From IMG/VR virus record IMGVR_UViG_3300010413_000020, positions 1 through 64,000 of that record: a stretch of DNA of 64,000 bases. The stretch is one strand, 5' to 3'. The notes under the pieces were generated by a model, which had not been told where the DNA came from, made no database searches, and saw nothing but the letters and a program-made list of their open reading frames with translations. Made by a program: the position numbers and the translations under genes. The stretch comes from a virus. Below are positions 29,832 to 42,269 of the stretch, piece after piece (position 1 is the first letter of the stretch; each line of letters opens with the position of its first letter).

Positions 29832-31985
29832 ATGCCTGACTATGTAATAACACAAAAGGATCTCCGTGATGCTGAAGCTTTCTTAGTTGAATTTCAGTCT
29901 GAGAAAGTACCTGAAGCTAACCTTGAAAAGGGTGGGGCAGTAAGAGATATTCTTATTAAAGGGTTTACTTACCTCTACGCATTCTTGCGTGGAGAAATAG
30001 ATCGAGTGGCGGCTCGTCAGTCTCTTATTCGGATACAAGAGGACCTTACTGATGATGATGATATTGCACAAGCTGTAGATGAAATTCTTTCGAATTGGTT
30101 TATTACGCGAAAGGGCGGGCAAAAAGCTAGGATAACAGCAAGGTTACATTTTAACGAAAAAAGAGATATTAGTATTCCACTTTCTTCACGTTTTTGGAGG
30201 ACTAACGCAATCGTATTTTATGTGGATGCTGAAATTGATCCGTACGTGATTCCCGAGAGTTCGATGTTGCCTGTCTTTGACAGTTCGGGAACTGTTATTG
30301 ATTATGTAATAGATGTCCCCATGATAGCCGCGCTTAATGGGGAAGGCTATAATATCGAACCAGGTAAGTTCGTGCGTATTCAAGTTCCGGGCGGTCTTCC
30401 ATTTTTTAGTTATGCCGAGAATACTGAAACGTCTAGCGGTGGAAAAAATATTGAGAGTACTAGCGAATTAATCGAGCGGGCGGATACTGCTATTGCTGTT
30501 CGCAATTTGATTAACAATCGGTCATGTGACGCTACGTTACAGGAAGAGTTTCCGGAAATCATTGATACGCTTACCATCGGTATGGGGGAGGCGGAAATGG
30601 TTCGTGACCGCCGAACAGAAATTGCTAAACATATACGTTTACATACTGGAGGACATTACGACACTTATGTAGGGCTAGATCTAGTTACTGTAGAAGAAAA
30701 TCTCACAATAGGTGGTTTCTTTTACCGTCCGGATAATATCATAAATGTTTTTAGAGACCCGCTACTCACCTATGGTGATGGTACACCGGGATCAGGGCAG
30801 ACTTTTACATCCTTGGGTGTTGAAGCAGGACATATTTTATACTTGCGAGATGGTATTATCGGAGCACCTCGAGGATTTGTTATTGTTAACGTAGATGATC
30901 ATGAACTTCACGTTAGTGAGTATACTCCCTTTGTAGAAGCGACGGATGAAAAAGACCCTACTGAAAACGCCGTATTGTACTCAATTGGGTGGTACGGTCC
31001 CGACTTTGAAGATATTCCTTTTGCTCCTGGTATTTATTCTCGCACAGCACAGCAGAGCACTGATCCAGACTATGAAGCGGTTCCTTGGGGTACCTCAAGA
31101 AGGATTCAACAGCCGGGTAAAGTTGTTTTAAGCGGCAAACCCGTACAAGATATATCTTGGGTTGAACTCACTGACCCGGATGGCTCTATGTCAAGTCTTA
31201 CAGACCCATCCACAGGTACTATTATTTTTCAAAGTAGAGTTAATTATCCTCCGTCAGAGCAGGCTGACCCCGCCTATACTGAATATCAATTCTCTGTATT
31301 GAATCCTGAAAAGTCGCAGTCAATGGAGGCGGTTAATATTATTGATGTCGGATATACTCACACTCTTCCCAACCCTCCGGGTGTACCAAATCATGGGGTT
31401 TTCGATGGGAAAAACCTACGTGTCGTATATTCGACGCTTAGAGGATTTAGTAATATACATGATTACGTTGTAAATCGAACCCATCGGGTTGCAGCGGCCA
31501 ATCATCTGTTGCGGGCCCGACACCCTATTTGGATTGAAATACATTTGCCCTATCGTATGTCAGATGTTGCTACAGGAAGTTTAGATGAAGACGCTGCGGC
31601 TATTGCGTTAGCCAATTATATTAACAATTTTAATCCTAATGATACTTTGGATTTATCGGACATCCAGACATCATTTCGGGTTTCTAATCCTGAAGTTGGG
31701 GCTTCATTTCCTCCTGAAATTCATTACTATCTTCAAGCTCCGGATGGGCAAATAGTTGAATTTTCAACTAATGATATAATTTCAATTTTTATGTCAGACA
31801 CAAATTCTGTTAGTTTGGAGAACAGCGCGGATATTACACCGCCACCGGATTTAATACAGCGAGGTATTACACAAATAATTACAAAAGAAGACTTGGCTGA
31901 TTGGTTCAATTATGTGGGTATTTCTAATAGAACAGTACAGTATCGAGCTACCCAGGAACTTATAACGTTTGTATTGAGGAATTAA
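29832..31985 (+). CDS. baseplate J-like wedge protein
   Basis: G..YNI.PG and SGGKNIESTSELIER motifs; follows the gp25-like gene. Confidence 0.75.
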   Translation: MPDYVITQKDLRDAEAFLVEFQSEKVPEANLEKGGAVRDILIKGFTYLYAFLRGEIDRVAARQSLIRIQEDLTDDDDIAQAVDEILSNWFITRKGGQKARITARLHFNEKRDISIPLSSRFWRTNAIVFYVDAEIDPYVIPESSMLPVFDSSGTVIDYVIDVPMIAALNGEGYNIEPGKFVRIQVPGGLPFFSYAENTETSSGGKNIESTSELIERADTAIAVRNLINNRSCDATLQEEFPEIIDTLTIGMGEAEMVRDRRTEIAKHIRLHTGGHYDTYVGLDLVTVEENLTIGGFFYRPDNIINVFRDPLLTYGDGTPGSGQTFTSLGVEAGHILYLRDGIIGAPRGFVIVNVDDHELHVSEYTPFVEATDEKDPTENAVLYSIGWYGPDFEDIPFAPGIYSRTAQQSTDPDYEAVPWGTSRRIQQPGKVVLSGKPVQDISWVELTDPDGSMSSLTDPSTGTIIFQSRVNYPPSEQADPAYTEYQFSVLNPEKSQSMEAVNIIDVGYTHTLPNPPGVPNHGVFDGKNLRVVYSTLRGFSNIHDYVVNRTHRVAAANHLLRARHPIWIEIHLPYRMSDVATGSLDEDAAAIALANYINNFNPNDTLDLSDIQTSFRVSNPEVGASFPPEIHYYLQAPDGQIVEFSTNDIISIFMSDTNSVSLENSADITPPPDLIQRGITQIITKEDLADWFNYVGISNRTVQYRATQELITFVLRN

Positions 31986-31986
31986 A

Positions 31987-34924
31987 ATGCCACTCGATAT
32001 CGGAGATAAACATTCTACTCTTTTTCGAGGATTGTCCGGATTTTGGCAAAAGTTTTTTAAGGACGCTCCCGATATTGAGGCCTATTACCAGGCGGCAGAA
32101 ATTTATCTTGGTCAGGCATATTTGGATCTCTTAGGGGCAATACTTAATATCGGAGTTGTTGATACTCCTATTTTCAACAAAGAATATTGGAAACTTTTTG
32201 TTATTAAAGAGAATGAAGTCAATTTCAAACAGGGTATTACCCTTGCTGATGATAGATATATTTATGATATGCCGGGGGATATTGTTATAATACTATTTTT
32301 GAACCTGAAGTATTACTTGAACGGGGTAAGAACTTTGATGTTGAAGATAATGACGGGTACATTAGGTTTGTAGATGACCCATTTAAGGGAGTACAAGACA
32401 TTGAGGGTAACTGGTTACCTACGCCAGGAGTGGCTTGGAGAAGTGTACGAATACAGGTAGGCAATCAATTTACTGATACGGAAAAAACAGGGTCATGGGA
32501 AGATGATTTAGGAATTCGTCGAGGGGATGACCTTCGTATTTTAGCACACCAAGGAACACTTTTACGAGAAGGTTTTAGTGGACAGCCAACTGAAGGATCT
32601 TTCAATTTTTTAGGTCCTGGTAGTTATACGTTCACAGCTACTGATGTTGGTGTCTGTAGCCCCGGAGATGTTATACGTGTCTATAATACTCCATCTCCTG
32701 AAGAGCAGTTTAACGGATATTATATTGTAAAAGAAATTTTATCCCCAAATCAGGTTAGTCTGGAAGATACTGCGTTTATTCCTTGGGTGCCCAGTTTGAT
32801 TGGACTGAATTGGAGACAGTACCGTTCTATATACTTTGATGAAACTTTTAAAGATTATGAGGTAGAATATTTTGAGAATGGGCAAATCGTTGGACCTGCA
32901 GATAATCCTATTCCCTTAGAGTTTGGTTCACCCCTTGTTTATGCAATCGTGAGAGATGTAGCGAATCCAGATGTTATAGGATACCCGGTTAACTATACTG
33001 CTACTGCTCCTTATCCAAGCACGGATTTGGGTGTAAAACATATTATTCCTGGTTCTGTAACTGTTTTTGCGTACAACGCATTAGGCATAACGGTAGAAGA
33101 GGGTGTTGATTACACTATCGATTATTGGCGTGGAATACTTTATCAAATTTCAGATTGGAATGTCATTAGTTCTTTAGGCACTTGTAGTTTTCAATACCGC
33201 CAAGAAGTCATGTTGGCTGCTGGAGGAATTCCTACAGAAAAAACTACAGGACTTGTTAAACAAGTTTCTTATTGGGTGCCTGAAGTTTTAGTTGATCGCT
33301 TCACCCTCTGGTATGATTACGGTTCTCTATTGAATCGTTTTGAATCGTTTCGATGCATCTTCGGAGCATTATCGTGCATTTCTTCGAGGGATTATGCACC
33401 TATACATGATGGGTCCAATTCTTGAAAGAATAGAGTCTGCGCTTAATGTCGCCGCTTAAACTTGAAGGGGAAATACTTCAAGGATATGATGATGGGATCG
33501 TTGCAGAAGGTTCAGATGGTACGCTGGACGAAGTCGCGGTTACTTTCAACACTCCCTCTTATGTCTTCAGTGAACAAGATGTTGGTGGTTACATAGTCTT
33601 TCCTGATCCGTTAAGCGATATCAACAAAGGTAAATTCCGTATTCTAGAAGTCATCGATTCGAATACGGTATTGTTGGAAACTGAATTTGGATTTGTTTCG
33701 GAAACGCCGATTGATTGGATACTTACACACACTTATGAGAAGGTTGTAACAACAGATAAACGGACATATACATATCCCTTTTACGTTCCTATTCGCTCGG
33801 ATGTTCAAGATTCTGCTAATTTTGGAACATTAACATTCGAAGCGTTTGAACCCTTAACTATAGCCTTCACAGTTACCGATTATTTAGAAGACCCCCATTG
33901 GTGGCATAACAAACATATTCCTTCCATTTTATGGAAAGAGACTGTGGATGGGGACACTACGCCATCTTCGGCGTCGTTGGCACGTAGGTTAGCTACGACT
34001 CAGCTTTATGAAAACGTCATCGGCCCTGATGACGATTTAAAAATTGGTGACCCTGGATTTTTTATCGGGGCAGACGATGATGGAAATGTATTGACGCCTA
34101 CTCAGACACATGGCCCAAATATAGGTTCTCCTGCGCCTATATATCGACATACCGCAGCTTTTATTTTGTTCGACCGCTATGTCAAATTGCACATGTTTTT
34201 CATTGAGATACACGAAGACTTGGAACTGACCCGACAGTTCAAGGATGATTTGGAAGAACTAGTTCTCGTTGCTAAACCCTCTTACACATATCCCTTTGTG
34301 GAGAGCAATGAGGCTTTTCTGGACGAAATAGAACTCCATTTTGGCGGGGACGAAGATGGAAAATCTGATAGTTTAGTTTTAGCCAACAACGAATTGGTTA
34401 TTGGTGATTCCGCCTTTCCTTGGAGTATAGGAGATTATTACAAGTACGATATTTCTGTTCCTATTACTGTTCCTGGAGCTCCTGATCCTGTAACAGCAGG
34501 TTACTTTTTCACACTTCCGTTACCTAATCCTACAGATAGACCCCTGACGGTTAATATCAATGCTACTGTGGGGGGAAAACCAGTTTTAGAGGGGCGTGAT
34601 TACACTGTAAACTGGCTTAAGAGTTCTCCCAATGCCTGGAGGGTAACTGCGCTAACGGATTGGGATTCTGTTAGTCCATTGACTGTGACGATAGAATTGG
34701 CCGAGGTCGATAACGTTTCGTTAACTCCTATCCCGGACACTGTAATAGGTTGGACTCCCATTTTTATAGGCGGACTCAATCCTTTCTACATTCGTAATGG
34801 GGCGTTGGACCCAGATTCTCCTACATATGCCGCAGATTGGGCAGCAGTGAGAACGGAAAATATTGACCGTCCTTTAGAGCTTAAGATAGACATCGGAGGG
34901 GGACTACCCTATACTTATCCATAA
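31987..34924 (+). CDS. large baseplate/tail protein broken into three ORFs (31987-32373, 32430-33425, 33446-34924)
   Basis: Protein-like reading continues in alternative frames across about 32285, 33331-33350 (10-nt duplication) and about 33458. Confidence 0.6.
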
Positions 34925-34961
34925 ACGTGGGACAAGTATTAGTAGATGAAAGAGGCAGTAG

Positions 34962-35525
34962 ATGAATTCTAATATGGGTTTTAAAGATTCTCTCGAATTG
35001 TTCGGGATTTTCGATATGAAAGTCTACGATATTCGCGACGGTAAACGTAAACGAATTCGTCATATACATAAACGCAATCAGATAACAAATCAGGGTCGGG
35101 AAGTTTTGTTAGACCTTATGCGTCCTGAAACTAATAATCCTGGAGATCCTGGAAGTTTACAGGAACAGAGTAAGATTTGGTCGTTGAGTGTGGGAACCAA
35201 TGATACTCCTCCAACGATTAACGACGATGATACAACGATGGTTCAGGTTTGGAAGTCTGCTTTTGTTCCTTTTTCTGAATGTCAAGTGATTGCAACCCCT
35301 CCTAATTTATTTTTACTTCAGATTGGTAAGACTCTTCCGCAGACTTCAGCGGTTGGTTCTACGTTAACTGAGGCGGGAGTTTTTACTAGAGGTGATGACG
35401 ACGACCCGGATGTAGCATCAGGGCGGAGGTTATATGCTCGTCAAATTTATCCTCCAATAATAAAAACAGTTACGATGACAATCGAATACGATTGGAAATT
35501 AGGTATCACGATTCAGGGTTCATAG
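34962..35525 (+). CDS. putative tail/baseplate structural protein
   Basis: NQITNQG...VGT...LTEAGVF...LYAR...IIKT pattern common in phage tail-associated proteins. Confidence 0.6.
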   Translation: MNSNMGFKDSLELFGIFDMKVYDIRDGKRKRIRHIHKRNQITNQGREVLLDLMRPETNNPGDPGSLQEQSKIWSLSVGTNDTPPTINDDDTTMVQVWKSAFVPFSECQVIATPPNLFLLQIGKTLPQTSAVGSTLTEAGVFTRGDDDDPDVASGRRLYARQIYPPIIKTVTMTIEYDWKLGITIQGS

Positions 35526-35536
35526 GAGAAAGTTCG

Positions 35537-37593
35537 ATGGCAAAACAACGAATAGATTTTGAACATGGCGGACCAATAACTGGTGACTCTGGAGAACGAG
35601 GTGATACCGCAATAGGCGAAGATTCTATTAAGCCCACTAACGACGGCGAAAGTGCTGTTGCATCTAATTTCAATCGTCCTGGTGAAAATGTGCGGCAACG
35701 TACCGAGAGATTACGTGACGCCGGGGAAAATCAAATGTACCTCCAGGACCAAATGAAATGGATTATTACGGCAGGGCGGGCGGATGGTTATGCCAACGGT
35801 GAACCGATTCCTGGAGTAGAAAATTGGGACCCGATGACTGGTATTTTTGAAATTACCGAGAATTTGGTTCTCCAACCATTGAATACCCCTAAAGAAGATT
35901 TGCAGGAGACAAAAGAGTGGACCTTTACCGGGACTCCTGATGCTGTGGTTTCAGTTAAACCGCTTTTAGATGGAGTTGATGCTTATAAATCTAAAAGAGC
36001 GTATAACCACGCTAATCTTCTTCAGGTGGTATGGTTGGAGGCTGATCCCGGTGATTTGTCTGGGGCGGTCGTAGCGGGTTACTGTGATGTAACAGTAGAG
36101 ATGATGGACAAACTCAAGTTTCTCATATTCAGACGGCATTGAATGCCGTTGATGCCATTCTTTTAGAACCTAACGGAATTCAACAGAGTGTTACGGGAGA
36201 TTTATCGGTACAGATTGATTACTCTGCTGATGTTGATCCTAAAGAATATGAATTTTCTGGAACATTTGAACGAGAACTTCATTATATGACTCCAGCATTG
36301 TTTGCTGATTTCTTTTTGGTTCCGGCGAATGCTCTTGATGATGGTGACACTCTGGCCATTTGGTTTGAAGAATTTATTGACGATGGGACGATGGACCCAC
36401 CTACGGGGCGTAGACAAGCTATTCCTTCTAATTCAAATACAACAGTGGGCACTGGCGTTGGAGAACTCTTCAAAACAACTCTTTATCCTGAACGCATACC
36501 TCTTGCTATTCCTCTTTGTAAACGCATTGGAGATTACCTCTTTTGGATAGATGGTACAGTTATTAGTCCTGATCAGACAGAACCTGTACCGTTTGGGATA
36601 AACGGGGCAACTCTTTATGATTTGCCCGTTCCTATTACGGGAGAGTGGTTTGATGTAGGAAGTCCTCCTGCGTGGGTACCTGCGTCAATTACTGAATCTT
36701 TTGACAATATAATCAACGATCTTGCTACAGCTACATCTCCACTTTCTGGAGCTGATTTAATAGGAAAAAAAGAACTTACTTCGGGTTCAGGCGATGAATC
36801 AGCTAATCCTTTATGGTTTGGTGGTGAATACAGCATTGGTGATTGGTTGGATGCTATGCTTGCTATTCTTAATAAAAAACCATCACTTACTGGAAGCGCT
36901 GAAAGTATACATAATATTTGGAACTTTTTAACAAAGATTAAATTATCAGGAGCTAATGCTGCTTTTATCGAAGGAGCAGATGCGGATACCTGGACGGGGG
37001 ATACTGTTAAATTATTTGAGTCTCTTCCATTCGGAGGTAGCGGTGTTGCTATTAGGGTTTATTATTCCGAACATGGTATTAAACTTTGTATAAACTGTAG
37101 TTTTAATGGAGCAACCGGACAGTATACACGAGATGTTGCCAGTCCCTATAGGTCTATGGTTATTGAGATCACTGATCGTCATATTTATTTTAGAAACAAG
37201 CACTATGCTGAAGCAAGTCCTTGGACCGATGCGAATTGGACAACATATTTAAATTGGGATTCTTTTGAGAGTCATGCTTATTTCAGTAATGAAGGAGATG
37301 CTTCAGATTATGTTAGGGCAGGACTATTTGGAAAAGAATATCATGGTAGTGCGAGTGTATACCTCTATGATGGGGAAGCTGTAACTTGGCATTCTCGTAT
37401 TGGGGATATTGTTGATACGGATGTTTATGCGTATGAAGATGATAATACAAATTGGGATACTTCAGGTACTGCTACGGTGAATTTAGACCATGTAGATCCC
37501 TGGGGTTGTTGGATTTCTGGGCATAGTAATGCCGTAGGTGCTTATCTGATTGCACAATGGGTAGGTTGGATTGAAGTATTTGTAAATGTCTAG
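35537..37593 (+). CDS. virion structural/fibre-like protein split by a frameshift near 36100
   Basis: ATG 35537 with AGGAG; the frame of ORF 36139-37593 is open upstream (RDDGQTQVSHIQTAL). Confidence 0.55.
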
Positions 37594-37602
37594 GAGGATA
37601 AC

Positions 37603-38031
37603 ATGCCTATATATTCGATAAATGAAACGCAAGTAGTTGTAGATTGCGACGGTTGTAGGCGTCGGGAATACACAGAAATACGCCAAACCTATGCTATTGC
37701 AGATATACGAATTTACGCAGGTAAAGGAAACGATGCCAAGGTATACATGAAGTTTCCGCCTTGTCCACAATGTGGAGGGACTATGTTTTGTCAACCACCT
37801 CCGGAAACAGATTCTGTAGTTGCGCACATTAAAAGATGTTTGGCAGCTAAATTAGTAAGAGATAATTTGGTAAATTACGATTTAGAGGCTACGCAAGACC
37901 AGATAGACGAAGACGATGCTAAACTTGCTGCAAATGTTAGTTCTCTCAATTCATTTTATACCAACAAAGGGAACTCTACGCTTACAAATGAATTTAATGG
38001 AACCAACTCCTTAGATATTTCCAACGGCTAA
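37603..38031 (+). CDS. hypothetical Zn-binding protein
   Basis: CDGC and CPQC; AGGAGG RBS. Confidence 0.7.
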   Translation: MPIYSINETQVVVDCDGCRRREYTEIRQTYAIADIRIYAGKGNDAKVYMKFPPCPQCGGTMFCQPPPETDSVVAHIKRCLAAKLVRDNLVNYDLEATQDQIDEDDAKLAANVSSLNSFYTNKGNSTLTNEFNGTNSLDISNG

Positions 38032-38033
38032 TC

Positions 38034-38060
38034 AAAATAAAACCCCCAGTTTCCTGGGGG
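38034..38060 (-). terminator. intrinsic terminator
   Basis: On the minus strand CCCCCAG-GAAA-CTGGGGG then TTTTATTTT, between convergent genes. Confidence 0.75.
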
Positions 38061-38067
38061 CCTCCTC

Positions 38068-38277
38068 CTACAGAGGAGTATCTAATCCAGACATTTCTAC
38101 AGGGAAGAATTGACCATCCTCTCCACGTTTGAAGAGGACGCGTACGGCGGGTGCGTTTCCGATGCAGACATCACAGAATCCTCCGGCAGGATTACCCCGA
38201 TGGGTAAATTCTAAGGAATCGGGACCTATGTCGTTATTACAGTCTTCGTTTGAACATTTATTGGGGTCTTTGCTCAT
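38068..38277 (-). CDS. small Zn-binding protein
   Basis: CSNEDC...CDVC; AGGAG RBS before ATG 38277. Confidence 0.65.
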   Translation of the reverse strand: MSKDPNKCSNEDCNNDIGPDSLEFTHRGNPAGGFCDVCIGNAPAVRVLFKRGEDGQFFPVEMSGLDTPL

Positions 38278-38285
38278 GGTTTCTC

Positions 38286-40958
38286 CTAACTGCATACTCC
38301 GCTCGAGTACGCACAGTTGCTGCAGAAATAGCAAGCTCCTGCTTTACGTAATAGCTCGCCGCATTCTGGACAGGGGTTAGCGTTAATATCAAACGTTCCT
38401 TTATCGGGAGGAATTGAATCAGAACTAGTGATTATAGCCAGTCCATCTTTCTTTTTGCCGTCTAAATATCTCTTTCTAAGCCATTTAGCGATGTAATCTA
38501 ATAACGAACTCGCAGTATGGATGTCTCTTTGATTGGTGAGACCCGATGGTTCAAACTTGGTTCCTTCCATGTCAGACAGAAGTACTTCCAAAGGAACTCC
38601 ATATTGCAAAGATTTGGAAAATTGTTTGAAGAAACTGTCTAAAAGTCCATGAACGGTTGCTCCCGGATTTGCGACTCGAACGAATACTTCAATTAGTTCA
38701 CCTGTTTCTTCATCATATCCAGGATGAATAAATCCTTCAGTGCTTCCTATGGCAAATTTATGTCTACGGGCGGGCAAGTCGTTGGCGGGTTTATTACGTG
38801 TTGGCGCTTGTTTTTCTTTAGCTCGGATTTGCGTTTCTTGGACACGGAGGGGTTCACTCATCTTACTACCTTTACGATAAACGGTAATGCATTTGAGTCC
38901 ACTTTCCCAAGCCTGTAAGAAGGTGCGTTCTACGTCTTTAACTGTAGCTTTGTTGGGCATATTAAATGTTTTGGATACTGCTCCAGAAAGAAAGGGTTGA
39001 ACCGCGGCTATCATCTTTATATGTCCTTCGACAGAGATACTCCGTGTTCCTGGATTATACTCATGGTCAGCAGGAATAGCGCAGTCAAAAACAGCTAGAT
39101 GCTCGTCTTTTAATGGGGAACCTCCTTCAACGTGTCCATATATTTTAATATAATCTTCTATTTCCTTGATATCGGATTTGGAATACCCAAGATTTTCAAG
39201 AGCAGTTCTTACTAAAGAGTTGGAGTATTGGAGTTCACCGCCTCCAACTAACTTTTTGAATTTCTGCAATCCTACATCTGGCTCGATTCCGGTAGTGTCG
39301 CAGTCCATCATAAAAGAAATTGTACCGGTTGGAGCGAGTAATGTTACTTGGCAATTCCGAAATCCATGAGCTTTTTCTACTGATTTTCGTCTACCAAATC
39401 CGATTCCCATGACGTCTCGCCAAGTGCTAACTGCGGCACTTTGAATTCCCGCAATATCTTTGGGCACTTCCTTTGCTCGAGTATAATGCCGCGATAACAC
39501 GTTTTCCATGGGCCCCGCATTATCCGCATATTCCGCGAATGGGCCCATTTCTCCGGCCAATTCCATGCTGGTGTGGTACGCTGTAGCAGTCATCAAGCTA
39601 GTAATATTGGCAGCGAGTGTTCTACCGTTATCACTATCGTAAGGAAGACCCCAGGCCATCAACAACCCTCCGAGATTTGCATAACCTAATCCTAACGGTC
39701 TGAATTTGCTGCTGTTTTTCTGGATTGTTTTGGTAGGATATCCTGCTAGGTCTACAATAATATCTTGTGCGATAATGAGTATCCGAACTACGTGTTGAAA
39801 AGTTTCGATGTCGAATTCCCATTTATTAGATGCGAATTTGTAAAGATTGATACTTGCAAGGTTACAGGCGCTGTCGTTTAACCACATGAACTCAGAACAA
39901 GGATTACTTGCCTCGATAACCCCACTATTTGCACAAGTGTTCATCTGATTGATTGTATCATGAAATTGAATACCTGGATCGCCACACCGCCACGCGCACT
40001 TTGCCATTTCATTGAATAGTTCTCGGATAGATATTGTTTTGGAAATTCTGCCGTTTATTCGATTGGTTAATTCCCAATCTATATCTTTACCGTAGTGTAA
40101 TACGTCACGGACTTTTTCCATGAACTTATCAGTGACTCTTATTGAGTTATTTCCACTCTGGTGCTTTGCATGAAGATACGCGCTATCTGGAGCATTAAAT
40201 TCGGCGTTCATTCCTTCCATTACTAACTTTTCAACAATGGCCTCTTCTTCTGCTTTACAACGTATGAATTCCAAAATATCAGGATGGTCTGCGTTTAGTA
40301 TAACCATTCGTGCAGAACGCCGTGTCTTGCCACCAGACATAATAACATTCGCAAAAGAATCATAGCCTTCCATAAATGAGACAGGTCCGGATGCGAAACC
40401 TCCTCCCCTCACACGTTCATGAGAACTGCGTAAATTTGACAGATTGATTCCGCTGCCTGAACCTTCTTTGAAAATCATAGAAGCGATAGTTGCATAATCC
40501 ATAATAGAGTGCATGTTGTCTTCTACTTTGTTAATAAAGCAGGCGGCACATTGCGCTTTTCGATTTCCTGGAACAACGCCCAGGTTAAACCAGACTGGAC
40601 TATTAAACGATGCCATTTGATTAAGTAAGATACAGCGAAGTTCATCTGCGAAAATTTCGGAGTTTAATTCATCGAAATAGCCCTGTGCGCGTCCGGAAAG
40701 ACGTAAGGCTTTTACTACTCGTTCAATTATCTCCTTCAGGCTCGTTTCTTTATCTATGGAATTATGTGCTTCACGAAAATATTTGTTGGCAGTAATTCTT
40801 CGTGCGACTGGGGACCAAGTGGATGGAAATTCGGCTTTGGGACAATAATATGTGACTTCTCCTTTGGTATTGGTAACTTTGATTTCTTCGGTTTCCCACA
40901 CGATATCGTCATATGGGTCCTTTCGTTCGTCTGATAGAACGCGCACAAACTCCAACAT
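38286..40958 (-). CDS. nrdJ: class II (B12-dependent) ribonucleotide reductase
   Basis: FNSPVWFN, ACFI, SGGKTRR.A.M, SNPCSE, LLAPTGTIS, GAVSKT.N, C-terminal TSCPD-like domain and CPEC/CSNC. Confidence 0.93.
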   Translation of the reverse strand: MLEFVRVLSDERKDPYDDIVWETEEIKVTNTKGEVTYYCPKAEFPSTWSPVARRITANKYFREAHNSIDKETSLKEIIERVVKALRLSGRAQGYFDELNSEIFADELRCILLNQMASFNSPVWFNLGVVPGNRKAQCAACFINKVEDNMHSIMDYATIASMIFKEGSGSGINLSNLRSSHERVRGGGFASGPVSFMEGYDSFANVIMSGGKTRRSARMVILNADHPDILEFIRCKAEEEAIVEKLVMEGMNAEFNAPDSAYLHAKHQSGNNSIRVTDKFMEKVRDVLHYGKDIDWELTNRINGRISKTISIRELFNEMAKCAWRCGDPGIQFHDTINQMNTCANSGVIEASNPCSEFMWLNDSACNLASINLYKFASNKWEFDIETFQHVVRILIIAQDIIVDLAGYPTKTIQKNSSKFRPLGLGYANLGGLLMAWGLPYDSDNGRTLAANITSLMTATAYHTSMELAGEMGPFAEYADNAGPMENVLSRHYTRAKEVPKDIAGIQSAAVSTWRDVMGIGFGRRKSVEKAHGFRNCQVTLLAPTGTISFMMDCDTTGIEPDVGLQKFKKLVGGGELQYSNSLVRTALENLGYSKSDIKEIEDYIKIYGHVEGGSPLKDEHLAVFDCAIPADHEYNPGTRSISVEGHIKMIAAVQPFLSGAVSKTFNMPNKATVKDVERTFLQAWESGLKCITVYRKGSKMSEPLRVQETQIRAKEKQAPTRNKPANDLPARRHKFAIGSTEGFIHPGYDEETGELIEVFVRVANPGATVHGLLDSFFKQFSKSLQYGVPLEVLLSDMEGTKFEPSGLTNQRDIHTASSLLDYIAKWLRKRYLDGKKKDGLAIITSSDSIPPDKGTFDINANPCPECGELLRKAGACYFCSNCAYSSGVCS

Positions 40959-40968
40959 TCTTACCTCC

Positions 40969-41562
40969 TCAGATATTTAGTTCTCTGCCCCCGCGGGGCG
41001 ATTTGGTTTTCGGTTTAGACATTTCCCTTATACCTTGTATTGCTTCCAATTGTTTACGCGTTAAGGTAATTTTAAAGGGCTCGTCAAGTGCCAGCGCTAG
41101 TTCTGCCAACCATGCGGCGTCAGCTTCGTCCTCTGATAATGGACCCCATAACGGGTAGGCACTTTGTATTAACTTCTCTTTCTTGGCTGAACCATTGCCT
41201 GTAGCAAATTTTTTAAGAGAGGTGGGAGGTATACCTGTTGGTGGGTGTTCCCCTAAGTCTGTTAAGAGAACTTTAAAAACACCGCGTACTTCGCCTAGTT
41301 TATCGGCTTGGTTTACACTGTAAATAGAGGGGTCTTCTACGGTACTTCCTGCAAGTGGAACATCCCCAAATTCCTTAATAAAATCTTCGGCTTGGTTTCG
41401 TAGATATTGTAAACGCAATGCTTCATCTGTGTTTGCACTGGTTTTGATTAAACGAGTTTTTCGTATCCATAACCCCTCAGGGGGACAACTGATAACAGCA
41501 ATCCCAGTACTTCTGATTGATGGGTCAATCCCCACGTAGTTTCTTGACCTAAATGCTCGCAT
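40969..41562 (-). CDS. RuvC-like Holliday junction resolvase
   Basis: GIDPS..STG, VE, P..LKKFATGNG.AKK, DEADA. Confidence 0.85.
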   Translation of the reverse strand: MRAFRSRNYVGIDPSIRSTGIAVISCPPEGLWIRKTRLIKTSANTDEALRLQYLRNQAEDFIKEFGDVPLAGSTVEDPSIYSVNQADKLGEVRGVFKVLLTDLGEHPPTGIPPTSLKKFATGNGSAKKEKLIQSAYPLWGPLSEDEADAAWLAELALALDEPFKITLTRKQLEAIQGIREMSKPKTKSPRGGRELNI

Positions 41563-41603
41563 AGCCTACTATTTTTGACAGACTTCAATCGGAAGGTCAA
41601 CCA

Positions 41604-42269
41604 ATGAGTAATGGACAACTTACTTTAGAATATCAAAAAAATAATGTTCCTTCTGTGGGCTATTTCATGAAGACGATCATGAAAGTTTCAGGTACGGACC
41701 CCGCAGACTTATATGATTGTTTGGTTGTTAATAAAGGTGATGCGGGTACTGATGAAGTAATTGCTCGTGTTGCCACTTTCATAGAGATTTTTTCCTCACC
41801 ATTAGACCTTCTTCCAAATACTGTAAATCTTTTTAGTTCACCGTCGCTTCCTGGAGGTATCGCTCCTGGAGATTTAATTCATTTTGGAGCGGGGGTAGGT
41901 TTAGTGATGCCCCCCATTTGGCAACATATCTATGGGCTGACTTCATTAACCGTTGAAGTGGCTACTGTAATTTCTCCTACGGAAGTTTCTTTGGTTTCTC
42001 CCTGCCCTGCATTTGCCCGGAACATTCCTTTTCAGTATGAAAAAATATCACCTCCGGGAACAACAAATGCTGTTGATGGCTTAGCTAACCGCGATTTTAG
42101 TGGAGTAGTTGGGAGCTTTTTCCGTACCCAGGAGCACGGCGATATGTGGAGCTCATTTGCCGCAGCGGATAATAAATATCAAGCCCTTAGGGCTGAGGCC
42201 CAATCTCTTGTAGATGCCTACAATGAAGATCGTTACAGTGGAGATATAGAGGAGACCTACGAATCATGA
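41604..42269 (+). CDS. hypothetical protein (probably virion)
   Basis: 221-aa ORF. Confidence 0.65.
   Translation: MSNGQLTLEYQKNNVPSVGYFMKTIMKVSGTDPADLYDCLVVNKGDAGTDEVIARVATFIEIFSSPLDLLPNTVNLFSSPSLPGGIAPGDLIHFGAGVGLVMPPIWQHIYGLTSLTVEVATVISPTEVSLVSPCPAFARNIPFQYEKISPPGTTNAVDGLANRDFSGVVGSFFRTQEHGDMWSSFAAADNKYQALRAEAQSLVDAYNEDRYSGDIEETYES

Noticed and set aside
31987-37593. Stop-codon reassignment explaining the split genes
   Set aside because: The breaks change frame, and TAG, TGA and TAA all terminate genes normally elsewhere in the window.
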